This document shows positions 42,040-53,436 of a DNA stretch of 64,000 nt, piece by piece. Origin of the DNA: Bacilli bacterium (lineage in GTDB: Bacteria > Bacillota_I > Bacilli_A > RF39 > UBA660); assembly GCA_017409025.1 (NCBI GenBank), contig JAFQTN010000007.1, forward strand, positions 3,038 through 67,037, read 5' to 3'. The notes under the pieces were generated by a model. That model did not search any database. It was given only the letters and a program-made list of their open reading frames with translations, and was not told the DNA's origin. Made by a program: the position numbers and the translations under genes. Numbering within the stretch: position 1 is the first letter of the stretch; each line of letters begins with the position of its first letter.

Positions 42040-43422
42040 ATGAAAGAAGAAAAAATAACAATGCAAGAAATGGTAAATTATTGTAAACAATATGGATTTA
42101 TTTTCCAAGGAAGTGAAATATATGATGGGCTTGCAAATACTTGGGATTTTGGTCCTGTTGGAGCAATGCTAAAAGATAATATTAAGAAAGCATGGATAAA
42201 AAAATTTATTCAAGAAGATGTTAATAATGTTGGTTTGGATAGTGCAATTTTAATGAATCCTAAAACATGGGAAGCATCAGGACATTTAAAAACATTTTCT
42301 GATCCACTTATAGATTGTAGGGAATGTAATACAAGACATAGGGCAGATAATTTAATTAATGATTATGCTAAAGAATCTATTGGGGATTCAATGACTCAAG
42401 ATGAGATGATTAATTATATTAAAGATAATAAGGTTCCATGTCCAAAATGTGGTAAATCTAATTTTACTGATATTAGACAATTTAATTTAATGTTTAAGAC
42501 ATTCCAAGGTGTAACTGATGATGCCAAAGCTACAATTTATTTGAGACCAGAAACAGCTCAGGGTATATTTGTAAACTTCTTAAATGTTCAAAGAAGTATG
42601 AGATTAAAAGTTCCTTTTGGTATAGGTCAAGTAGGAAAGAGTTTTAGAAATGAAATAACACCAGGAAACTTTATATTTAGAGTAAGAGAATTTGAACAAA
42701 TGGAATTAGAATTTTTCTGTAAACCTGGAACAGAATTAGAATGGCATAAATATTATAAAGATTATTGTTATAATTATTTATTATCCTTAGGTATTGATAA
42801 AGATAGATTAAGATTAAGAGATCATTCAAAGGAAGAATTAAGTTTTTATAGTAATGCTACTACTGATATTGAATATTTATTCCCGTTTGGATGGGGAGAA
42901 CTTTGGGGTATTGCTTCAAGAACAGATTATGACTTAACTCAACATCAAAATGTATCAGGTACTAGTATGTTATATAATGATCCTGAGACTAATGAAAAAT
43001 ATATTCCTTATGTAATAGAACCATCTGTTGGTGTAGAAAGAACTGTACTTACTGTTTTATGTGATGCATATACTAAAGAACAAATATCAGAAACTGATAC
43101 TAGAGAAGTTATGAAGTTTCATCCATATTTAGCTCCATATAAGTGTTGTATCTTACCACTTGCTAAAAAATATCATGGTGAAAAAGCTACAGAAATTTAT
43201 AGAGAGTTTAGTAAATATTTTACTACTACATATGATGAATCAGGTTCTATCGGTAAACGTTATAGAAGACAAGATGCTATTGGAACTCCGTTCTGTATCA
43301 CTATTGATGATGAGACTATTAATAATGGTACAGTAACAATAAGAGATAGAGATACGATGGAACAAGTTACTTTAAAACTAGAAGATGTAAGAAAATATAT
43401 TGAAGAGAGAATTGAATTCTAA
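42040..43422 (+). CDS. glyS: Glycine--tRNA ligase (alpha2 type)
   Basis: [41 protein letters not shown]. Confidence 0.95.
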   Translation: MKEEKITMQEMVNYCKQYGFIFQGSEIYDGLANTWDFGPVGAMLKDNIKKAWIKKFIQEDVNNVGLDSAILMNPKTWEASGHLKTFSDPLIDCRECNTRHRADNLINDYAKESIGDSMTQDEMINYIKDNKVPCPKCGKSNFTDIRQFNLMFKTFQGVTDDAKATIYLRPETAQGIFVNFLNVQRSMRLKVPFGIGQVGKSFRNEITPGNFIFRVREFEQMELEFFCKPGTELEWHKYYKDYCYNYLLSLGIDKDRLRLRDHSKEELSFYSNATTDIEYLFPFGWGELWGIASRTDYDLTQHQNVSGTSMLYNDPETNEKYIPYVIEPSVGVERTVLTVLCDAYTKEQISETDTREVMKFHPYLAPYKCCILPLAKKYHGEKATEIYREFSKYFTTTYDESGSIGKRYRRQDAIGTPFCITIDDETINNGTVTIRDRDTMEQVTLKLEDVRKYIEERIEF

Positions 43423-44165
43423 TGATGATCAGGGCAGTTTTGGAAAGTAGACATAAATTTATTTATTATGATAATGAAAGTATTGACTCATTAAGAGAAT
43501 TATCTAATGAATATGTAGCAAAACTTAATAGTACTGAACCAATAGTAATTCATATATTAGATGAAACCCTTCCTGTTCCTAGCGATAATCCATTATTAAA
43601 TAAAGATATAATTAATAGCTTTCATAATAGATACTATGAATTATTAATATTTTTATCTATTATAGATGAGATTATAAATCATATAAATAATGAAGAATTA
43701 AATAAATATTTACTACGTTTATTTAAAATGGTTTCGTATTGTGGTAATGCTGAAATTAAAGATGTTAAAACATTAAGAACGATGTTAATAGATAGCAAGA
43801 ATATATATAAAGAAACATATATAGAATATATAACTACCGGTAATTATGGGGATTTTTATAATAAAGTTCCAATTAAATTTGTTATGTTAGATAATATATT
43901 ACCAGTATTAAAAGAAAAAATTAATTTAGAAGAACATTTTAACATATTATTAGAATTAAAGGGTGATATATCTAAATATACATCTAGAGCTATCAATGAC
44001 TATATTGCATCAAGATGTAATGGATATTTATCTATGAATGTATTATTAGAAAGTGAAACTGATTGGAAAAGTTGGCATTCAAATAATGGACAATTAATTG
44101 AATGGTGTCATGATTATACAAATATTGATTTGAGAACTGTGAAAAAAAGAACTAGACAGAATTAA
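43422..44165 (+). CDS. Hypothetical protein
   Basis: ORF overlapping glyS stop, followed by terminator. Confidence 0.65.
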   Translation: MMIRAVLESRHKFIYYDNESIDSLRELSNEYVAKLNSTEPIVIHILDETLPVPSDNPLLNKDIINSFHNRYYELLIFLSIIDEIINHINNEELNKYLLRLFKMVSYCGNAEIKDVKTLRTMLIDSKNIYKETYIEYITTGNYGDFYNKVPIKFVMLDNILPVLKEKINLEEHFNILLELKGDISKYTSRAINDYIASRCNGYLSMNVLLESETDWKSWHSNNGQLIEWCHDYTNIDLRTVKKRTRQN

Positions 44166-44248
44166 AAAAAGAATATTTAATATATTCTTTTTTTCTTGTT
44201 TAATCAAATATTTTATAATATAATTATCTTAGTAAAGGAGACTTAAAT

Positions 44249-45856
44249 ATGGAAAATAGTTCTTTTAAAAATAGAAATTTATTAGTATTAGCATTTGAAA
44301 TATTACTTATTATAGTAGCAATAGGTGGTTTAACTTTCGCTACTTCTAGATTATTAGATAGTAGTTCTAGTGCAATTTTGACTTTTGGTGAATACAATGT
44401 TGATTATATTGGGAAGACTGAAATTGCTGTATCAGAATTAGAACCAATATCTGATAGTTTAATTAATTATAATACTAGTGAAGATGTAATTAGAGTAGAG
44501 TTTTCTTTCAGGGGAGTAGATACTAATGAGAATGAAGATTTAATATATGATATTATGTTAAAAGATATTAATATAGATTGTTCTTTATTGAATGAGTATA
44601 CTAAATGGAATTTATATAAAAATGGAAAATTATTATATAATGGTAATTTTGATCCGGAGTTTGATGGTAATATTTTAACTGATAATTATAGATTTACAGA
44701 GACTCAACAAGATTTACCTAAACATAATCAAGATTATGATGATTATGTACTAATAATATGGATTAGTGAGGCTTGTGAAGATTTAACTAATTGTGAATAT
44801 GTAGATCAAACTAATATAGTTAATAGCAATTTAGATATGAAATTATTTATAGCAGTATCTACTGGTAAAAAGGTAGAATATCAAAGAGTTGCTAATGATA
44901 ATTATGTATGTGTAAATAAACCAGAGTTATATAACAAAATGGTACCTGTTTATTATGATAGTGGTAATTGGAAGGTAGCGGATACTACTAATAGTGATGT
45001 TAGTAAATTATGGTATGATTATGGAAAAGCTAGATGGGCTAATGCAGTAGTTGTTAATACTGATAAATATAATAATAGTAAAGTAGGTGCTATAGTTAGT
45101 GAAGAAGATATTTTAGCATATTATGTATGGATACCTAGATATAAATATAAATTATGGAATAGTGAGGAATTAATAACAGATAGTTATAATGCTTATGAAA
45201 AGGGAATTGAAATTATATTTGAGAGTGGTGTTAATAGTAGTGGTACTGTTAAGTGTATAGAAGATAAATGTAATAGTAAGAATAATAATTATTTAACACA
45301 TCCAGCTTTTTCAGATAATTTAAGAGGTTTTTGGATAAGCAAATATGAAATAAGTGATGGTAATAAATTTATTCCTAATGCATCTATACTTATGAATAAA
45401 AATTTAGAAGAATATAATAATATTATAAATAATTTAAGTGTAGATTATGGATTAGAAGATATTGCTACTAGTCATGTTGTTACTAATTTAGAATGGGGAT
45501 CAACATTATATTTAAGTCATTCAAAATATGGAATCTGCGATAGTAATGGATGTAAAAGTGTATCTGTAAATGATAGTTATATTTCTGAAAAAGATAAGAG
45601 AGATACTACTACTAGCGATGTATATGGAGTATATGATATGGCTGGTTCTACTGGTGAATATGTTCAAGGAACTACTGGTCTTGGTAGTGCGCTATCGGAA
45701 GTGATAATTAAAGGTAATGATACTTGGTATAATGGCTACTATAATAATAATTATAAAGATTATATTATACGTGGAGGCGTGGATACGGGATTATTTAATA
45801 CTGGAGATATTGGGATGACTAATGTATCTACGAGAAGTGTTTTTGTTAGTAAATAG
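44249..45856 (+). CDS. Secreted TasA/SipW-class-signal protein with degenerate C-type-lectin (FGE-like) domain; paralog of 29234 ORF
   Basis: GGLTFA signal; ILAYYVWIPRYKY, THPAF, YLSHSKYG, GVYDMAG, IIRGG shared with 29234 ORF. Confidence 0.65.
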   Translation: MENSSFKNRNLLVLAFEILLIIVAIGGLTFATSRLLDSSSSAILTFGEYNVDYIGKTEIAVSELEPISDSLINYNTSEDVIRVEFSFRGVDTNENEDLIYDIMLKDINIDCSLLNEYTKWNLYKNGKLLYNGNFDPEFDGNILTDNYRFTETQQDLPKHNQDYDDYVLIIWISEACEDLTNCEYVDQTNIVNSNLDMKLFIAVSTGKKVEYQRVANDNYVCVNKPELYNKMVPVYYDSGNWKVADTTNSDVSKLWYDYGKARWANAVVVNTDKYNNSKVGAIVSEEDILAYYVWIPRYKYKLWNSEELITDSYNAYEKGIEIIFESGVNSSGTVKCIEDKCNSKNNNYLTHPAFSDNLRGFWISKYEISDGNKFIPNASILMNKNLEEYNNIINNLSVDYGLEDIATSHVVTNLEWGSTLYLSHSKYGICDSNGCKSVSVNDSYISEKDKRDTTTSDVYGVYDMAGSTGEYVQGTTGLGSALSEVIIKGNDTWYNGYYNNNYKDYIIRGGVDTGLFNTGDIGMTNVSTRSVFVSK

Positions 45857-45906
45857 CAAGAAAAACTAAATGAATTTTAATTTATATATAATGAATTATT
45901 TTAAAG

Positions 45907-45934
45907 AAAAAAGGGACTCAAATGAGTCTCTTTT
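45907..45934 (+). terminator. Intrinsic terminator
   Basis: aaagggactca-aa-tgagtctcttt hairpin. Confidence 0.65.
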
Positions 45935-45936
45935 CG

Positions 45937-45965
45937 TTGACATAATACTATTAGAATGATATAAT
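45937..45965 (+). promoter_or_regulatory. Consensus SigA promoter for giant surface-protein operon
   Basis: TTGACA-N17-TATAAT with extended TG. Confidence 0.8.
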
Positions 45966-46010
45966 TTTTATAGTATGGGAAAGTACCTAAAATAGTTATG
46001 AGGTGGAATA

Positions 46011-49000
46011 ATGAAGAAATTATTTAATAGTAGATTTTTATTTATAATGGCTGCTAGTTTAATAGTATTAATATTATTAGTTATTGGAGCTTTTTATTTG
46101 TTTGATGACGAGGATAACGAATTTATTAAAAGTGGTTATGTACTTAATCCACTTAGTTCTACTTCGGAAAAATATTTCTTTAATGAAAATGTTGGCTATA
46201 AAGAAAATTTGTCTTCGATGATAGAATTTAAGGATGTGGATGATAATACTGTTACTATTTTAAAGGATAGTTTTGTTCATTATTTAGATGAATCAATTTC
46301 TTTTCTTAAGAATGGGGCTATTTTAGATTTGAATTCTATTGAAGGGAATAGAGCTGTTTCTTTTTATAATATTACTAATGAATCTGTAATAGAAAAAAAA
46401 GATGATAGCTATTTAATTGAATCTGCTAGTGGAGATATTAAACTTAATAATTTTATTGGTAGAATTAGTGATGATAAATACATTGTTGTAGGTAATTTGA
46501 ATTTAAAGATGGCTGGTAATTCTACGATGATTAAGGGCGATTACTTTGAAGTTGTTTATGTAGAAGAAGGAATTGTAAATATTGAAAACAAAGATGTTAA
46601 ATATCAAGTTGCTGCAGCAGATACACTTATTCATGTTGACAATGATATTGTAATTGATTTAGGAAATAAAAAAATTAGTTCTTCGGACCAAGATGTAATG
46701 TCAATTACTTCAATAACAATAAATGGCAATGAAAATATTGAAATTGTACCTAAAGCTCCTGAAAATAACGAAACTGGCTCAGGTGGTGGTTCTGGCTCTG
46801 GATCTGGAAGTGGTTCAGGTTCTGGAAGTGGAGATGGAACTGGTTCAGGTGACGGAAGTGGTGAAGGTACAGGTAATGAAGATGGTGCCGGAGATGGTTC
46901 TACCGATGGAAGTGGTTCAGGTGACGGAAGTGGCTCTGGTGGTACTGGTAATGATGGTTCTTTAGGAGAAGAAACTGATGATGTTACAATTTCTTTGAAA
47001 GAAGCTACTATAGGTAGTACAAAAATAGATGTAATATTCGATGTTGTTAATAATACTGAAGAAGATTTATTTAAATTACAAGTTGTTAATTTAAATACAG
47101 GTAGAACTGTGGATATAGTTGCAGAGGTTTTAAAAGATGTTCAAATTCAAGTTAATTTGTTGACTCCGAATACTAAGTATTTATTTATGGTTGTTAATGA
47201 AAAAGATAATGGTAAATATTTTCAAAAAGTATTAGAAACTACTGGATTTGGTATTAAATTGGAAAAATCTTATGCTACTGAAAGTTCTTTAGTTTATAAA
47301 GTAATTGTTGATGAGAATGCTGATATAACTAATGCTAAATTATCGTTATATAAATTTAATGAAGAAACGATGCAAAATGAAATTGTGACTACTAGTTATT
47401 ATGATACTGAGACTGGTGAAATAAAAGAAATAGAAAAAATTACTTATTTATCTAATATAGATGGTATAGAATCGGGAGAATATGAAATAATTTATGATGG
47501 TTTGGATAGCAATACTATTTATACTGCTGTATTGGATGAATTTTCTGTTGCTTCTTCTAATTTTAAAGATGTATATAATATTACTTTGACATCTATGACT
47601 TTAAAGAAAACACCGTCTTTTAACGAAATGGTTGTATCTAAGAATACTAGTAATGGAAGTTTTGATTTATCTCTTAGTAATATTCAAGATAAGGATAATG
47701 CTATTGTTAATTATACTTATATGGTATATAACAAATATGATGATTCGTTGGCAATTAATCCAATTGTTAATAACAATGCTTCTCCAATTACTGTTAAAAT
47801 AGGACAAGGTGCTAATGAACTGAAAAATGATATTAATTATTATTATAAGGTTATTATAGAGTATTTTGATAATGAAAAATATATTGAATATATTACTACT
47901 GATAGTATTGTTTTTGTAATGGGTACTGATCCTTATATCACTGTTGTTCCTAATAGTAGTTTAGTTAGTTATGATGCTATTGGTGCAACAATATATTTGA
48001 AAGATAATAGTTGTTTAATTTCAATGCCAGGAAGAGAAATGTGTAATGGCAGCAGTAGTACAGTGATTGAAGTTAGTAGAGTAAATTCTTTAACTGGAGA
48101 ATTGTTTCCAATATTTACAAAACTTGTAGATTTTGAAGTAACTGATAACGAGATAAAATATGATTTATATGTTGATGGACTTCAAGCTGGAACTACATAC
48201 AATATTGAAGTTCGGGCTGATAGAATTGATATCGAAGGTGAAGATAGAGATTATATTCTTCATACTGATGAGTCAAAAAGAACTATTACAACAAAATCTT
48301 TAACAAATTTTATTGCTGAGTGGACAGATTTTGGTAGTAGTGCAAATCATGTTGTTAATTTAGAAAGTAAATTTATATCAGATGAAGAAACTGGGACAAT
48401 GACTGGTGAAGAAAGTGCTGCTTCAATTGAAAAGGTTACTATTAAATTATATACGGGAAATAATATTACTGATTTAGAAAGTGTTCTTCCGATAGCTACC
48501 AAGAATTTTTATAATACTGATGGATTTAATATAAAAGAGCAATTTTATGATAATGGTTATGTTATAACTACTGATGAGACATTTGGCCTTAATTTAGAAG
48601 CGTTAAAAGATATTGGTGTAGATGGAAAACTAAGCGAATATTATACAATTTTGGTTAATGCTTATTATGATATGGCTGGTAAAAATGAAGTTAATTTAAC
48701 TAATAATGTTACTGCTTATCAGATAAATCCAATATTATTTATGGATGATATTGAAGAACCTATTATTGAAATTCAAGGCATTAATAATAGTGCTTCAGGA
48801 AATAAATTTAAGAATTTAACTAATAATGGGACAATAGTTGGTTATAAAGTAACAGCAGCGTTTGATAGAGCTGGTATGGTGCTTAATAAATTGATACCTC
48901 AAAAGATTAATTTCTATGTTTATAATTCTAATAAACAGAAAATTAAATTCTATGTGGAGAAAGATAATGGAGATTTACAATTAGTTGATAAAATTTCTTC

Positions 49001-51824
49001 TGATTTAGGTGAGAGTAATTATTATGAGACTATGATATATATGGATTATGGTACTGCATATGAAATTAAAGATAGTGTGATGAGTCGTGGAAATTTATTC
49101 TATATTGGATACGAAATTGAAACTTTAGCAGATGGTGAATCTTTATTATATCCTGTAGCTAAGGGAGAGGATACTCCTTCTGATTATGGATTATATGAAC
49201 TAATTTTATCTGAGAAAGAAACTCCTAGTATTAAGATGTATATCTCTAAATCTGATAGAAATAGTATTACATATACTTATAATATAAAAGATCCTGATAA
49301 TGCTTTATATAAAGAAGTAGATAGTGAAAATTATGGATTTTATGCTAAAATTGGTGATGGTAATGAGATAAAACTTGATTTAACAAAAACAGACGGTGCT
49401 TATAATATGTTTGATGGTAGTGTTACTGTATCTGAAATGAAAAATGGAGATTTATATTCATTATATTATAAGAAAAATTTAACAAAGACAGGTTTGTTTG
49501 AAACAGATGTTGTTAATTATTTAGATGGTGAAGATTTAGGGGTAAGAATCTTTGATGGATATTATGATGCTAATAGTGGTGATTATAATTTTAAATATCA
49601 GATTATTAATAATCCTTTAGTAGACAATAAGGTAACTATTAAGATATTAGCTAGTGATGAGATGTTAAGTAGAATTTTAAGTTATAAGATTAATTTTACT
49701 GATTCTAAGAAAAATACTTTAGATAAAGAACTTTGGAATTTGTCTAGTTGTGATGGTGATTTAGAAGATGATTTACCAAGATGTCTTTCTATTGATTATA
49801 CAGAGTTAAAGAATGCTGGTATGAAATCTGAACAAAATAATATAAATTCGATTAAAGTTAAGGTTGTTGCTTTATATGATAACGGTCTTACTGGATATGA
49901 TTATAAGGTTGGCAATATGGAAGATGCTGATTATGAATATATGATAATGCAAAATAATAATACTGAATTAGGCTTAGGTAATTATGTGTCTTTTGATAAT
50001 AATGGCGAGTTAGCTTTATGGAATATTGAATTTCCTAAGGGATATTATACTTATTCACGTAGTAATTCATTAGTATATTATGAAAGTAAATTAAATAAGG
50101 CTCATAAGACTAATATTTCTGTTAATTTATCTAGTGTAGGTTATTCTTCACTTTATGGAATTTTAAATCCTAAAATGGTTTCATCTGATGCAATGGAATG
50201 TTCTACTAATGTTGATGGAACTTGTAATACCTTTTCATTTAGTAGTATTACACCTAAGGTAAACGTTTCTGAAAAATCTTCTTTATTAAACGGCAGTGTT
50301 ATGAATTTAGCATTCTCTGGAGTAGATTTAAGTGATATAAAAAATGAAGGTACTAGTAGTGAACCAGAATATTATATATATATCGAGACATGGAATGATG
50401 AGAGTTTAGTTGGAGAGCTTAGTGCTGTTGTTAGACCAACATTAAAAATAAAATTAGATAATAATAGTCCTAATAAATCGATTTCTACAACAATTGATGG
50501 ATTACAAAAAGATAATAAATATTACTTTAATATTTATGCAAATATGTATATAGATAATAAAGTGATTTATCAACAGTTATTTGATGCTGGTTATACTGAT
50601 AGATATGAAAGTAAGACTTATAGTTTTACAACACTTAAACCAAGTGATATATTTCATAGTTTAAATGTTAGTTATTCATCATCTGGTGAGATATATGGTA
50701 ATAGAAGTTTAAATACTCAAATTAATTTATCTGCTTATAAGAATAATATTCCTTATAACTTTGATTTGGTTTATGTATTGTGTAACGTTGATAATTATGA
50801 TGAGTGTGGACCAAATGATTCAGATAAAAATATATTTAAGAAAAATATCTCAGTAGATGATATATCAACAAATGTTGTTGATAGTTATGATATATCTGAA
50901 TTTGATTTAGAATTTGATAAGAATTACTATTTAATGGTATACGCTATTGTAGATACTTATAAGTTAAATAATAGTAGTGAGTTAATTTTAACAAAAGATA
51001 ATATTTTACTTAATAGATATGATATTAATGTAAAATTAAAGAAACTAACTGAACCTACTTTTGTAGTTACTAGAAATGCAGTTTTAGCGGGAATTGATGA
51101 GTATGCTATTGATTTTGAAATAGTGGTAAATGATTCAGATAGAACTTTAGAAAATGGTAAATACTATGTTAAATTAACTGATATTACTGGTAAAGTTGTT
51201 GGCACAATGCAACTTTTGGGTGATGATGGTAATTATTATGATATATCTGATTATGAGAATTATGCTTTTGATGCGTTTGTTGTTAATAAGAAAGTAAGAA
51301 TTACTGGATTAGAACCTGATACAAAATATATTTTTAAAGTATATGGCGATGCATATTTAAATAACTATACTGAAGATACTTTACCTGGTAGAGAAAATAG
51401 AACATATGAAGTTAATAAAACTTATACTATATATTCTACAAATAATTATGGGGTGGCATTTGGTAAGGAAATTTTATATAGTGCTACTGAAAAAAGTATA
51501 GTTGTAACATTTTCTGGTGGTTCTAACTTTGATAATGTTGTAGAAGTTAATTATACAGTTACGAATTATGAAGTTGGTGCTAATTATAGTGGTACATTTG
51601 TAATTGGAGAAAATAATAAATATTTTGAGATTTATAAGAATTCAGATAACTGGGTATTTATAATAGATCCCACTGATATGAAAAATATTTTAGGACAAAT
51701 ATATAATATCAATTTAAGTTTTAAGGTAAAAATACCTGAAACTGAAGAATTTGTTGTTTTAACAAGTGCTGATAATCCTAAGTTTGAAGGACAAGTTCTA
51801 TATGTAGAAGAAGAAAAAAAATAA
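46011..51824 (+). CDS. Giant (1937 aa) membrane-anchored surface protein with Gly/Ser linker and FN3-like repeats
   Basis: N-terminal TM; GSGSG linker; repeated LxPxTxY-type motifs (LTPNTKY, GLDSNTIY, GLQAGTTY, GLQKDNKY, GLEPDTKY). Confidence 0.75.
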   Translation: MKKLFNSRFLFIMAASLIVLILLVIGAFYLFDDEDNEFIKSGYVLNPLSSTSEKYFFNENVGYKENLSSMIEFKDVDDNTVTILKDSFVHYLDESISFLKNGAILDLNSIEGNRAVSFYNITNESVIEKKDDSYLIESASGDIKLNNFIGRISDDKYIVVGNLNLKMAGNSTMIKGDYFEVVYVEEGIVNIENKDVKYQVAAADTLIHVDNDIVIDLGNKKISSSDQDVMSITSITINGNENIEIVPKAPENNETGSGGGSGSGSGSGSGSGSGDGTGSGDGSGEGTGNEDGAGDGSTDGSGSGDGSGSGGTGNDGSLGEETDDVTISLKEATIGSTKIDVIFDVVNNTEEDLFKLQVVNLNTGRTVDIVAEVLKDVQIQVNLLTPNTKYLFMVVNEKDNGKYFQKVLETTGFGIKLEKSYATESSLVYKVIVDENADITNAKLSLYKFNEETMQNEIVTTSYYDTETGEIKEIEKITYLSNIDGIESGEYEIIYDGLDSNTIYTAVLDEFSVASSNFKDVYNITLTSMTLKKTPSFNEMVVSKNTSNGSFDLSLSNIQDKDNAIVNYTYMVYNKYDDSLAINPIVNNNASPITVKIGQGANELKNDINYYYKVIIEYFDNEKYIEYITTDSIVFVMGTDPYITVVPNSSLVSYDAIGATIYLKDNSCLISMPGREMCNGSSSTVIEVSRVNSLTGELFPIFTKLVDFEVTDNEIKYDLYVDGLQAGTTYNIEVRADRIDIEGEDRDYILHTDESKRTITTKSLTNFIAEWTDFGSSANHVVNLESKFISDEETGTMTGEESAASIEKVTIKLYTGNNITDLESVLPIATKNFYNTDGFNIKEQFYDNGYVITTDETFGLNLEALKDIGVDGKLSEYYTILVNAYYDMAGKNEVNLTNNVTAYQINPILFMDDIEEPIIEIQGINNSASGNKFKNLTNNGTIVGYKVTAAFDRAGMVLNKLIPQKINFYVYNSNKQKIKFYVEKDNGDLQLVDKISSDLGESNYYETMIYMDYGTAYEIKDSVMSRGNLFYIGYEIETLADGESLLYPVAKGEDTPSDYGLYELILSEKETPSIKMYISKSDRNSITYTYNIKDPDNALYKEVDSENYGFYAKIGDGNEIKLDLTKTDGAYNMFDGSVTVSEMKNGDLYSLYYKKNLTKTGLFETDVVNYLDGEDLGVRIFDGYYDANSGDYNFKYQIINNPLVDNKVTIKILASDEMLSRILSYKINFTDSKKNTLDKELWNLSSCDGDLEDDLPRCLSIDYTELKNAGMKSEQNNINSIKVKVVALYDNGLTGYDYKVGNMEDADYEYMIMQNNNTELGLGNYVSFDNNGELALWNIEFPKGYYTYSRSNSLVYYESKLNKAHKTNISVNLSSVGYSSLYGILNPKMVSSDAMECSTNVDGTCNTFSFSSITPKVNVSEKSSLLNGSVMNLAFSGVDLSDIKNEGTSSEPEYYIYIETWNDESLVGELSAVVRPTLKIKLDNNSPNKSISTTIDGLQKDNKYYFNIYANMYIDNKVIYQQLFDAGYTDRYESKTYSFTTLKPSDIFHSLNVSYSSSGEIYGNRSLNTQINLSAYKNNIPYNFDLVYVLCNVDNYDECGPNDSDKNIFKKNISVDDISTNVVDSYDISEFDLEFDKNYYLMVYAIVDTYKLNNSSELILTKDNILLNRYDINVKLKKLTEPTFVVTRNAVLAGIDEYAIDFEIVVNDSDRTLENGKYYVKLTDITGKVVGTMQLLGDDGNYYDISDYENYAFDAFVVNKKVRITGLEPDTKYIFKVYGDAYLNNYTEDTLPGRENRTYEVNKTYTIYSTNNYGVAFGKEILYSATEKSIVVTFSGGSNFDNVVEVNYTVTNYEVGANYSGTFVIGENNKYFEIYKNSDNWVFIIDPTDMKNILGQIYNINLSFKVKIPETEEFVVLTSADNPKFEGQVLYVEEEKK
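46776..46960 (+). repeat. Low-complexity (GS/GD)n coding repeat
   Basis: Encodes GSGGGSGSGSGS...GDGSG linker. Confidence 0.85.
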
Positions 51825-51840
51825 TTGGAGGTTAGAATTT

Positions 51841-53436
51841 ATGAGGAGAAAATATGATATAAGGAATAAGAAAAATTTTATTATAATTTTAGTGTTATCA
51901 ATTATTATAGTTACTATTTTCTCCTTATTTATCTATAAATATAGTAAGGCATCTAAAATAGAATATATAATTGAATCTGGAAGTGTATTACAAGATGTTG
52001 ATAAAAATTATCTTTCTATAGATGATGATGCTATATTAAAAATAAGATGGAATGGTAGTTATTATTTAGTTTATAATGATGAAAATATTAATTTAGGTAA
52101 GAAGGTAATTATATATAATACAATTACTGGTGGTATGAATTTATATGGTACTTTTTACGAAATAGGTAGTGATGGTAAAATTATTGAGAATAAGGAAGAG
52201 ACAGTTTTAGCTAATACTACCAATGCTAAATTTTATAAATTAGATGATAGAGAATATTTAGTAGTTGATAGGACAATATCTAGTGATGATAAATCTATAG
52301 AAGCTAGTAATTATATTTTAGTGGAATTAGATAAAGCAGGTAATGCTAAATTATCTAATAATAAGATTAATTTAAAGACTATTACTCCTACTAAATTAAT
52401 TACTTCTAAATATACTTTTGATATTGCTAATGAAATACTTAATTTTGGAAAATATGATATAGATTTAAAGAAAATTATTGGAACTACTAATCAGTATAAA
52501 CCAGAAGATGATGAGAATGGAACTGATAGCGGTACAGGTGATGGTATCGGATCAGGAACGGGTAGTGGTTCAGACGGAGGAAGTGGAACAGATACCGGAA
52601 CTGGAAATGGATCGGGAGATGGTGCTGGCTCTGGAACGGGGAGCGGCAATAATATCGGAACAGGTAGTGGTACTGGATCAGGAACTGGTACAGGTTCTGG
52701 TAATGGAATAGGCAGTGGTGAATCTACTGGACCTGGAGATATTATCAATAATGGTGATGTTGGAAATATTCCTGATATGGATGATATTTTAGATAAGATT
52801 AAGATGACGTCTATAATTAGGGTAGTTGAAGGACTTACTCAAATCGATGTTGATTATGTTATATATGATCCTTATAATGAATATAAATCTGTTTATGTAG
52901 AAGTTATTAAACCTGGAGAAGTGGAGATAGTACATTTATCTAAGACTGATACTCATGTCACTATTGATTCACTTAATGCTAATACTGATTATAGACTTAA
53001 TTTTATATATACTACGGTAAAAAAAGATGTTGAAACTGAAGTTGAAGAATTGATTCCTTATACATTTGAACAATTTGATTTAAGAACTAAGATGCCAGAA
53101 TATTCTATATCAATTTATAAATTATCTAAAGTAACAAATATACTTACTTATAAAGTTAATTTACAAAGTGGATATAGTATATCTTCTCTTAATGTTAATT
53201 TATCGTTTGATTATAATGAACTTGATGTCGAGTCTGGAAATATGATACAAAAGAAAGCATCTTTAGATGGGACTGTTTCTGTAAATAGTGGAAGTAGTTA
53301 TGTTTTAGGTAATTTTGATATATCTGGTTATGAATTTGATGCTGATACAGTACTTAAGTTAACTGTTAAGAATGTTACTAAAGGCGATATAGTACTTCCT
53401 GTTAATGCAACATATTCCTTTAGATTTGGGAGGTAG
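51841..53436 (+). CDS. Membrane-anchored surface protein with GS/GT linker and FN3-like domain; N-domain similar to the giant protein
   Basis: N-terminal TM; KLDDREYLVV vs RISDDKYIVV; LNANTDY motif. Confidence 0.7.
   Translation: MRRKYDIRNKKNFIIILVLSIIIVTIFSLFIYKYSKASKIEYIIESGSVLQDVDKNYLSIDDDAILKIRWNGSYYLVYNDENINLGKKVIIYNTITGGMNLYGTFYEIGSDGKIIENKEETVLANTTNAKFYKLDDREYLVVDRTISSDDKSIEASNYILVELDKAGNAKLSNNKINLKTITPTKLITSKYTFDIANEILNFGKYDIDLKKIIGTTNQYKPEDDENGTDSGTGDGIGSGTGSGSDGGSGTDTGTGNGSGDGAGSGTGSGNNIGTGSGTGSGTGTGSGNGIGSGESTGPGDIINNGDVGNIPDMDDILDKIKMTSIIRVVEGLTQIDVDYVIYDPYNEYKSVYVEVIKPGEVEIVHLSKTDTHVTIDSLNANTDYRLNFIYTTVKKDVETEVEELIPYTFEQFDLRTKMPEYSISIYKLSKVTNILTYKVNLQSGYSISSLNVNLSFDYNELDVESGNMIQKKASLDGTVSVNSGSSYVLGNFDISGYEFDADTVLKLTVKNVTKGDIVLPVNATYSFRFGR
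52519..52737 (+). repeat. Low-complexity (GS/GT)n coding repeat
   Basis: Encodes GTDSGTGDGIGSGTGSGS... linker. Confidence 0.85.

Noticed and set aside
46776-46960. GS-linker repeats as a CRISPR array or VNTR
   Set aside because: Degenerate in-frame codon repeats without constant repeat/unique spacer structure; no cas genes in window
46723-52748. Alternative-frame ORFs 46723-46965, 52478-52711 and 52491-52748 (poly-PV/PD)
   Set aside because: Shadow frames of the Gly/Ser linker repeats
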